Assembly: GCA_027077325.1 (NCBI GenBank)
Contig: JALTGF010000040.1
Location: forward strand, 1 to 35,305
Length of the DNA stretch: 35,305 nt
Direction: 5' to 3'
Source: an archaeon
GTDB lineage: Archaea > Undinarchaeota > Undinarchaeia > Undinarchaeales > JALTGF01
Part shown: positions 7,282 through 14,162 of the stretch, in pieces
Position numbering within the stretch: position 1 is the stretch's first letter
Layout: the number at the start of each line of letters is the position of its first letter
Notes under the pieces: generated by a model
Seen by the model: only the letters and a program-made list of their open reading frames with translations
Database searches by the model: none
Told to the model about the DNA's origin: nothing
Translations under genes and position numbers: made by a program

Positions 7282-8364
7282 TTAATCATAAAGCTGCGAT
7301 GAGCTTATGTTATAAAACCTTGCATGGGCCGAGTCAATTCTAAACCAGGAATACTCTTGGGTTACGTTTTGTAGTTTCTTTCCAGCATATGCTGGCCCAA
7401 AGTAAACATGGTCCATAACGCTTTGATTTTCTTTTATTATTTGTGGCTGCAACTGGCTTGGTATCCTTGACTGAAGCTCAGAGACATCAACAAATGATTC
7501 AGGGCCTATGCTTATCTTATCCTTGCTAACATTTGTCCCCTCTTCAATTATTGCATTATACGCCTTGTCAATGTAGTACTCATGCCTTTCAGAATTTACA
7601 GGGTCTCCAAGATTTCCTTCCAGACGCTCAAATATCGAAGGAGCATCTGGATTTCCTCCATTGTAAAGTTTGTTTTCAATATCAAATATGATTGCATTGG
7701 AATTTGAGTGGTCTGTGTAATTTGTGTCAGGATAAAATGTCCTGCTGACATATCCATGTGTTTTTAAAATATAAAGTGGATCTTCAAGCCCAATAATTGA
7801 AACATTCGAAATTATCCATTTCTTGTTTCTTGGCAAACTTCCATTAAATGAGCAGTATCCAAATTTATCTTTAACTTCAAGATTTTTTATCCTAACCCTT
7901 ACCCAAAAGTCAAATGGACTATGCGGAACTATATCAACTTGAATCAAGCTGTCATTTAGATTTGTGATAAATTGCCTTTCTGGTCCAAGTGATGAAACTT
8001 TTTCTTTCCATTTTTTCAAGCTTTGATTTTCCATATATCTAAGTGGCTGTCCGCTAATTGTCCCGTTTACTGTCAATTCATCTAAAAATTTATCTGAGCC
8101 ATTTATTGGGGTCCCATTTGTTGAAACAGAAATAATTGCATATGTTAATGCTCTTTTTCCAGCAATTCCTGCCGACCGCTGCAAGTCATTTTGCATGTCA
8201 TTTAAGAAGTAATTTAGTTCATCACACCTAACCCTGTAAGTTAATGACCTGTCATGTACTCTGTTTTGAGAAACATTTACGATAACTAAACTTAACATTA
8301 CAACAACAAATAAAGCCGCTGCTAATGTAAGCATCATCCCTTTTGTGTTTTTAATATTTCTCAT
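7282..8364 (-). CDS. Large prepilin-like protein (360 aa) with no recognisable globular domain
   Basis: Start revised to MRNIKNTKG|MMLTLAAALFVVVMLSLVIV, giving an ATGA overlap with the upstream stop. It has a class III-like leader and about a dozen N-x-S/T sequons. Confidence 0.7.
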   Translation of the reverse strand: MRNIKNTKGMMLTLAAALFVVVMLSLVIVNVSQNRVHDRSLTYRVRCDELNYFLNDMQNDLQRSAGIAGKRALTYAIISVSTNGTPINGSDKFLDELTVNGTISGQPLRYMENQSLKKWKEKVSSLGPERQFITNLNDSLIQVDIVPHSPFDFWVRVRIKNLEVKDKFGYCSFNGSLPRNKKWIISNVSIIGLEDPLYILKTHGYVSRTFYPDTNYTDHSNSNAIIFDIENKLYNGGNPDAPSIFERLEGNLGDPVNSERHEYYIDKAYNAIIEEGTNVSKDKISIGPESFVDVSELQSRIPSQLQPQIIKENQSVMDHVYFGPAYAGKKLQNVTQEYSWFRIDSAHARFYNISSSQLYD

Positions 8365-10811
8365 TTTTGCCACACCTCTAAGGTCAACCTCGATGGACCC
8401 CAAAGTGATGGTATTTTAGAAGCGGTATTATTTTCCACTATTATGTCTGAACTGCTTATTTGTATTCCTTTATTTGCAAGGCTTTCATTCAATCTTTTAA
8501 TTGCATCCTCAACCGCACTTGTCTGGTTGAAGAATATGTCCCCATAAGGCACTTCCCCTCTGAACCTTAGCTCATAAATTATACGGTCTGCGGGCGAGCC
8601 ACCGGTTGCATTCTCTGGGCTTAAACCCGTTCCGACTCCAATGTAATTTGTCCCATTTGCAATTAATTGCGCAGGAATGTTTACAATGAAGGGATCCCCC
8701 AATCTTTGATAGTCGCTTCCAGAATCATTTAACCAATAAACTAAATCCCATCCTGCAGAATTTGAAAGATTAACTCTATCGGTCCAGCTGTCTGAAGAAT
8801 AAGAAGTAACTCTTGCATTTATGACAGTTGTCCCATTTGGAACCTCAAAAGAGCCCCACTTGTATGGGATTTCAATGTTTCCACCAAATTTATTTGTTTG
8901 TTTAACAATACTGATCTCCCCAAAGTTAAGAGGGTAAACTACTGGAGTATAATTAAATTCAATATATGAATCATTATACAAAACTGCTCTCGTTAGATTT
9001 GCAGGAAGGACTGCTGTTTGTTTTTTGTACCCAAGTGAAACAATTTCTTGAGCAATTTGGTTGTAAATGTCCAAAAGCTCACTTACATTTGAGGCATTGT
9101 AATAGGAGCCGCCCCCGCAGGCCATTGCTTTTAATGTGGTTTCATTTGCATCTGAGCCAAATCCAACTGTGTAAACTGCAATTCCATCTGCGCAGGCCTG
9201 ATGTGCTGCTAAAATTGCATCTTCTGCTGCATCGCCAGTCCCCTGTTCTGAGCAGTTATAGTTTGCGTTCCCATCTGTCATAACAATCATTGACCTGTTC
9301 CTGTCCTGGCTACTCTCATCTAGCAATTCTTCATGCGCTTTGTTTACACCACAACAAATGCAAGTGCCACCGTTTGCATCGTAGTTATAAATTTCATTAT
9401 CCAAAGATGACTCATTTGTACTTAAAGAATGATATTTGTCAACAGAACTTTCATAACTCACTAACCCGACCTGGTTTCCACTTGCATTTAAAACTGCATC
9501 AACAAACTGCATGTCTGCTTCTTTTGCAAGCCCTAATTTGCAGGCGTCACATTTGTATGTCCATATCAACAGTCTTTTGCAACAAACGGGAGGGTCCGGT
9601 GTGCACGAACTTACCCTGTGGTAACTTCCATTTACGCAGTCCGCCATACTTCCAGAAACATCGGTAACTAAAAAGCTATCAGCATTTCCAGAAATATTTG
9701 TCACATATGTTACGCCACTAGTCCCAATCCGAATTGGAAGAGTTTTATCACTAACCCTTGTGTAGTTTAAAATTGTAGAAAGTGTTGAATTTAAAATTTC
9801 TTCAGTGGTTTCTGTTGGAGAACTGCTATTAAAAATTGTCTCATTTCCAATTGTTAAGTAAACAGAATTATTGCTTAAGTAGTGCATATGTAACTTCATT
9901 CCTGTTATGTTTCCAGGCACGTAAAAAGAGCTGTATATGTTTATAAAACCGTCAATTCCGGGAAAATAAAACTTTGTGTTATTTTTAATTGGCTGGCTTA
10001 ACTCGCTTGTATTATAGTTAACTCTTATAAATCCCCCCCTTATGTTGTTAGTGGATAAATTTTCATTGTCAAAGTCAATTAAGAATGTGTTATTTCCTGT
10101 GGTTAAGTAAGAAAGATAATCTTTTGAAACATTAAAGCTTACAGGAGTGAATCCAGTTTTATTTGTAAAATTGTAATGCCCTGCATAGTTTCCATTTATG
10201 TATAAAGTGAAATTTGAAATCACATCCAATTCAAGCGTTATATTGTTTGCCTGAAAATCTGATGGGAGTTCAATCTTTCTTGAAATGTTTCCTTCTCCAA
10301 CATAGCCGCCAAAGTAAGCATACGCAGATGTTTCCTTGCTGATAATTTTTGTAAGATATGCTCTTGCCACGTATCCTTCAACAGGTTTCCCAGTTTCTTT
10401 TCCCGAAAGGATCCTGCTTCCAATTGCAACTATGCCTGAGTTGTTTATGTCTGGCCTTGAAGAACCAGAGGTCGTAATTATGTAGTTTCCAAATCTTAAC
10501 CTATAGCCAACATTTTTTGGCAAGATCTTGCTGAGATGTGCGTCCGCAAGTTCTTTTGCTTGCAAGCAGTATGAATTGTCATTAGGGGATGAGCAATTTC
10601 CAGTTGCCCAGAAGTTTCCAATTTGGTCTAGAATTGTTGACTCATCTAGCGCAGTCATTGAGTCTTGAGCAAGATAGTGGAGTTGCTCGTAGGACTCAGA
10701 AGGATGTGCGGGCTTAAATGACATCATCCCAAGAGAGATTGTGAAAACCGAAACAACTAGTATTAAAGCAATTATTGCATCAAGTGTAAAAACAAATCCC
10801 CTTGAATTCAT
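8361..10811 (-). CDS. Giant prepilin-like protein (816 aa) with a von Willebrand factor A domain; candidate pilus adhesin
   Basis: Start revised to MNSRG|FVFTLDAIIALILVVSVF, giving an ATGA overlap with the upstream gene. The MIDAS motif DVSGS lies at 9648-9662. MIVMTDGNAN and VYTVGFG are typical of vWA, and the domain spans about 9030-9683. Confidence 0.8.
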   Translation of the reverse strand: MNSRGFVFTLDAIIALILVVSVFTISLGMMSFKPAHPSESYEQLHYLAQDSMTALDESTILDQIGNFWATGNCSSPNDNSYCLQAKELADAHLSKILPKNVGYRLRFGNYIITTSGSSRPDINNSGIVAIGSRILSGKETGKPVEGYVARAYLTKIISKETSAYAYFGGYVGEGNISRKIELPSDFQANNITLELDVISNFTLYINGNYAGHYNFTNKTGFTPVSFNVSKDYLSYLTTGNNTFLIDFDNENLSTNNIRGGFIRVNYNTSELSQPIKNNTKFYFPGIDGFINIYSSFYVPGNITGMKLHMHYLSNNSVYLTIGNETIFNSSSPTETTEEILNSTLSTILNYTRVSDKTLPIRIGTSGVTYVTNISGNADSFLVTDVSGSMADCVNGSYHRVSSCTPDPPVCCKRLLIWTYKCDACKLGLAKEADMQFVDAVLNASGNQVGLVSYESSVDKYHSLSTNESSLDNEIYNYDANGGTCICCGVNKAHEELLDESSQDRNRSMIVMTDGNANYNCSEQGTGDAAEDAILAAHQACADGIAVYTVGFGSDANETTLKAMACGGGSYYNASNVSELLDIYNQIAQEIVSLGYKKQTAVLPANLTRAVLYNDSYIEFNYTPVVYPLNFGEISIVKQTNKFGGNIEIPYKWGSFEVPNGTTVINARVTSYSSDSWTDRVNLSNSAGWDLVYWLNDSGSDYQRLGDPFIVNIPAQLIANGTNYIGVGTGLSPENATGGSPADRIIYELRFRGEVPYGDIFFNQTSAVEDAIKRLNESLANKGIQISSSDIIVENNTASKIPSLWGPSRLTLEVWQK

Positions 10812-11266
10812 TTCCACACCTCTAGCGTTAGTATCGCAACGCATTTATTTAGAGACCCTACTCTTTTAACAACAATTGTCTCCGTTGAGTTTTCCGAGCT
10901 TATCCCATATTCAAGAGGGGTTGAATTAATTTCCATAACCTGCCCGTTCTCGTTTTTTATTGTAAGGTGGAACTCATAGCCTCCAAGTCCAAGTTCTTCT
11001 TTTGTTTGATTGTACGGTCCTGAAATGAAGTTAACAACCTTTTCAGGATCAAATATGTTGTTTCCATCTACAAGAGTGATTTCCATAAGCTCATTACTGG
11101 CATCAAATGCAGTCCTCTGCATTTCAATTCTTTCCTGTTTCAAGTTTAAGTTATTTGAATTAAGGTTCCAAAACATAACCACAAAAGTTAGCATCAACAA
11201 TCCAACCCCTATTGCAATTAAAATGTCCATTGAAAACAATTGCCCAAACTTTTCTTTTGCTTTCAT
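10808..11266 (-). CDS. Prepilin-like protein (minor pilin candidate)
   Basis: N-terminus MKAKEKFG|QLFSMDILIAIGVGLLMLTFVV. There are 4-nt overlaps on both sides. Confidence 0.7.
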   Translation of the reverse strand: MKAKEKFGQLFSMDILIAIGVGLLMLTFVVMFWNLNSNNLNLKQERIEMQRTAFDASNELMEITLVDGNNIFDPEKVVNFISGPYNQTKEELGLGGYEFHLTIKNENGQVMEINSTPLEYGISSENSTETIVVKRVGSLNKCVAILTLEVWK

Positions 11267-11673
11267 TTTATGTAAATTGTCCCGTTAATATTTTTAAGGG
11301 TCATCTTGCCTTTTTTGGCAGTTCCATTTATCTTGCTTGTAAGAAGCTGGCAAAAAACAACCTTTGAGTTTAGCCCTTCTCCTGAAGTAGCATAAGCAGT
11401 TTTGTTTGAAATTGAAATTGAGTAGTTTTCTCTCTTAATTTTTTCAGGGAGATTGACATAAGTTATAAACCCGCTCCCGCCTGTGTATGCAAGATTTAAT
11501 GCAGTGGCAAACTCATTGCACTTTTCCTGCATTTCAAGTTTCATGGCAACGTCTGAAGCAGACCTTGATTGTGAGCCACTTAAAACAACTAGTCCCATAA
11601 AAATTGCTATCATTAATCCTACCATTGATAAAAATTCAACACTTGCTTGTGCTTTTTTTGACTTTTTAATCAT
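11263..11673 (-). CDS. Prepilin-like protein with a class III signal peptide
   Basis: N-terminus MIKKSKKA|QASVEFLSMVGLMIAIFMGLVVL, with Glu at +5. Confidence 0.75.
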   Translation of the reverse strand: MIKKSKKAQASVEFLSMVGLMIAIFMGLVVLSGSQSRSASDVAMKLEMQEKCNEFATALNLAYTGGSGFITYVNLPEKIKRENYSISISNKTAYATSGEGLNSKVVFCQLLTSKINGTAKKGKMTLKNINGTIYIK

Positions 11674-12079
11674 ATCTTGAAATGTTTACATATGAATCAA
11701 ATGACTGTATTGAATATTTATAGCAACCTCTTGCTGTTGGTAGTTTCCCTGTCATGTTTTCCTTTGCCGTGGCAGAAACATCTGTAAATCCTCCATTAAC
11801 TTTTACTCTCATAGAAACCACGCTTCCATTTATCTCTGCAGAAACAATGCCATCTGGAATTTGAACTGAAATTGTTGTCTTTGCAGGATATCCTTGTGCG
11901 CCAACGAGATCAACTGATTCAACAATATTCTCAACAGTGTTTCTTGCGATTGAAACTGAAACTGAATCTCTTGAAGATGCAGTCCATGAGTAAGCAAAGG
12001 CAACCAGTCCAAAGAGGATTATCAATGAAACTCCAATCATTGTTAAATACTCAAAAGCTACCTGTCCGCGTTTATTCAT
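11666..12079 (-). CDS. Prepilin-like protein with a class III signal peptide (first gene of the operon)
   Basis: N-terminus MNKRG|QVAFEYLTMIGVSLIILFGLVAF, with Glu at +5. Confidence 0.8.
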   Translation of the reverse strand: MNKRGQVAFEYLTMIGVSLIILFGLVAFAYSWTASSRDSVSVSIARNTVENIVESVDLVGAQGYPAKTTISVQIPDGIVSAEINGSVVSMRVKVNGGFTDVSATAKENMTGKLPTARGCYKYSIQSFDSYVNISRYD

Positions 12080-12103
12080 GAAAAAAAGTAAGGTTTCAGG
12101 ATA

Positions 12104-12122
12104 TATATAATTTAATTATATA
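12104..12122. promoter_or_regulatory. Palindromic A/T element (TATATAATT-T-AATTATATA) in the 52-nt divergent intergenic region
   Basis: A perfect 9+1+9 palindrome lies between the pilus operon start (12079, minus) and a membrane-protein gene (12132, plus). It is about 25 nt from both start codons and could be a shared TATA region. Confidence 0.4.
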
Positions 12123-12131
12123 ATTAATATT

Positions 12132-12602
12132 ATGGAAGAGTTCGGCCTAAAGGGATACATAAAAGAAGAAATAATTTCGATATTGATTATTGGCTTTTAT
12201 CTATTTTCAATTTTTGCCGGGAGGGGATGGTTTTATGGGATTTTTCAGCCACTCTTTATTTTATTTGTGTTTGAGATGTTCGGGATTATTGTGTATGCCC
12301 TTGAAGAGGTGCTATACTCTGCTGCGGCATATTCTCCGGAGTACCCAATACTTATCGGTGCAATCATATGGTTCATTGTTTTTGTAAGAACCTTAATTGT
12401 TGTTCTTTCAGCCACTGCCTGGCACGCCGAAATAACCAATCTCCTAATTGCTTTGTCTTTTTTCGTTATCCCTGGGTTGTTCATTATGAAAACTGCCCTT
12501 AACAGAAAATTTGGCAATTCAGAAAAGTATGTGTTTGTTGACTACGGGCTTGATATTGTTTATTCCTTGTTAATTGTGATGGCAATTCATAGCAGCGGTT
12601 AA
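12132..12602 (+). CDS. Hypothetical polytopic membrane protein
   Basis: There are four to five hydrophobic helices. I recognise no motif. Confidence 0.55.
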   Translation: MEEFGLKGYIKEEIISILIIGFYLFSIFAGRGWFYGIFQPLFILFVFEMFGIIVYALEEVLYSAAAYSPEYPILIGAIIWFIVFVRTLIVVLSATAWHAEITNLLIALSFFVIPGLFIMKTALNRKFGNSEKYVFVDYGLDIVYSLLIVMAIHSSG

Positions 12603-12653
12603 ACTTCAATGTATATCGAAAACTTTAATAAATAAATTCCCCATCCTTACTTT

Positions 12654-13160
12654 ATGTTCCTATTCATCTCTGGTCTGCTAATTGCAATTGTAACTTTCCC
12701 AGGAGTGATACTTCACGAGTGGGCACACAAGTTCTTTTGTGAGTTGACAGGACTCCAAGTTTATGAAGTAAAGTATTTCCAGTTTAGGAACCCTACTGGA
12801 TATGTGAAGCACTCCCTGCCTGCATATTACCGCCAAACATTTCTTGTTACAATTGCCCCATTTCTTGTAAACAGTATTTTTGCAATTTTTATGTTTGTTC
12901 TGTACTATCTCTTTAAGGGTGGCAATCTTAGTTTTCTTTTTGCCTGGCTTGGCTTTTCTTTTGGAATGAATGCATTTCCAAGCAAGGGGGATGCAAATAA
13001 TTTATGGAATCACTCAAAGGAAATTTGGAGGGAATCCCCTGTGGCAATTCTTGGATTTCCAGTTGCCCTTTTTATAAAAATAGCAAATCTTCTCAGAATT
13101 ATCTGGTTTGATGCAATTTACACGTTTTTATTATTTGCTTTTGTTTCTCTCTTCTTTTAG
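12654..13160 (+). CDS. Membrane-embedded putative zinc metalloprotease (HExxH; DUF3267-like)
   Basis: HEWAH follows directly after the first TM helix, and further TM helices come after it. Confidence 0.6.
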   Translation: MFLFISGLLIAIVTFPGVILHEWAHKFFCELTGLQVYEVKYFQFRNPTGYVKHSLPAYYRQTFLVTIAPFLVNSIFAIFMFVLYYLFKGGNLSFLFAWLGFSFGMNAFPSKGDANNLWNHSKEIWRESPVAILGFPVALFIKIANLLRIIWFDAIYTFLLFAFVSLFF

Positions 13161-13169
13161 GTCATACTT

Positions 13170-13652
13170 ATGAAAATTCTTGTTGCAACAGACGATAAAA
13201 AAGGATTAGATGACAAAGTTAGTGCTGTTTTTGCTCGTGCTGGTGGTTTTGCAGTTGTTTATGCGGACAGCAACGGAATTAGGGAAGACTTGACAGAAGT
13301 TTATGAAAATAAATTTAAGAACGAGCCAAGCAATGCTGGAAAAAAGGCTGCAGACTTTGCTGTTTCTCTTGGGGTTGACCTTGTGATTGCTGGGAGCATA
13401 AAAGGGAATGCCGCTTCTGTTTTGCGTGAAAATAAAATTGAAATTAAGACTGGCTATTCTGGGATAAAAGTTAAAAATGCGGTTGAAGGATGCTTAGGCA
13501 TAAAGAAAAGGCAATCAAAGCCAGAGCCAAAGAAAAGGATGCCAAATGAACTAAGCACCAGTGTGCCTGAGAGAAACAGCAACTCAAAATGGATTGCAAT
13601 TGCAGTTTTGCTGGCAATAATTGTTGGATTCATCTTGTATATCTTCTCCTAA
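13170..13652 (+). CDS. NifB/NifX-type (dinitrogenase FeMo-cofactor biosynthesis family) domain protein with a C-terminal TM anchor
   Basis: MKILVATDD...VSAVFARAGGFAVV and DLVIAG.I...A...L....I fit the small NifX/MTH1175-like fold. The C-terminal WIAIAVLLAIIVGFILYIF is a TM helix. Confidence 0.55.
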   Translation: MKILVATDDKKGLDDKVSAVFARAGGFAVVYADSNGIREDLTEVYENKFKNEPSNAGKKAADFAVSLGVDLVIAGSIKGNAASVLRENKIEIKTGYSGIKVKNAVEGCLGIKKRQSKPEPKKRMPNELSTSVPERNSNSKWIAIAVLLAIIVGFILYIFS

Positions 13653-13706
13653 TCCAGCTCCCACTACCTTTTGCAAAAATGTCTCTAAAACTAGATACTA
13701 ATTTGC

Positions 13707-13919
13707 TTATTGCCCAACCGGCCTTCTCTTCTGGAAGCATTCCCTGCAATAAACAGGTCTGCCTTCAGTTGGCTTGAAAGGAACCTTGCATTCTTTTCCG
13801 CAGTCAGCACATATCGCATCATACATCTGCCTTGGGCCTCGATTAAAATTTCCGTGTGGTCTGTTGCCAAAATTTCTTCGAGATTTGTTTCCAAAGTTTC
13901 CCCTTCGATTATACCCCAT
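13707..13919 (-). CDS. Small basic zinc-ribbon protein with N-terminal RGNFGN-type repeats
   Basis: CADCGKECKVPFKPTEGRPVYCRECF is a CxxC...CxxC ribbon. It is preceded by three RxNFGN/GNFN repeats that resemble RGG motifs. Confidence 0.6.
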   Translation of the reverse strand: MGYNRRGNFGNKSRRNFGNRPHGNFNRGPRQMYDAICADCGKECKVPFKPTEGRPVYCRECFQKRRPVGQ

Positions 13920-14021
13920 ATTTCACCTACTTAATTTTTAGCGCTTTTCATTTAATCTCTGCGCGTGCTATAACTGGGACTGGCTTAGTATTTATTACTT
14001 TGCTTTTTCACAAGCGGAACC

Positions 14022-14048
14022 TTTATAAACCCTATATAATATATAATA
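14022..14048 (+). promoter_or_regulatory. TATA-box region for the ribosomal-protein operon (TTTATAAA and TATATAATATATAATA)
   Basis: These are the only strong A/T boxes upstream of uL3. They lie about 115-140 nt upstream of the ATG, which implies a long leader. Confidence 0.4.
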
Positions 14049-14056
14049 CCTCACGC

Positions 14057-14152
14057 ATGCCCTCTGGCATTAAAAATAGCAAGGCCATGGCATAGACTTG
14101 TTCTATGCCCGTTGCTATGCCAAGCGGTTTGGAGGTGGTTAAAGCATTAACC
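14057..14152 (+). promoter_or_regulatory. Structured 5' leader of the uL3 operon (three hairpins, alternative pairings)
   Basis: Hairpins are ATGCC-CTCT-GGCAT (14057-14070), GGCATAGA-CTTGT-TCTATGCC (14089-14109) and GGTTAA-AGCA-TTAACC (14137-14152). A third CTATGCC copy at 14115-14121 can compete for GGCATAG. Confidence 0.35.
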
Positions 14153-14162
14153 AAATTCATAA

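Noticed and set aside
12132-12602. The 156-aa membrane protein as the missing prepilin peptidase.
   Set aside because: It is too short and lacks the paired Asp/GxGD motifs of Peptidase_A24. Only a weak YGLD is present.
13856-14095. 79-aa plus-strand ORF in the spacer upstream of uL3.
   Set aside because: It overlaps the start of the zinc-ribbon gene on the other strand and runs through the TATA boxes and leader hairpins. I see no SD or conserved motif.
14131-14137. GGAGGTG as the Shine-Dalgarno of uL3.
   Set aside because: It lies 25 nt upstream of the ATG at 14163. An in-frame TAA at 14160-14162 excludes an upstream start. It abuts the third leader hairpin, overlapping it by one base.
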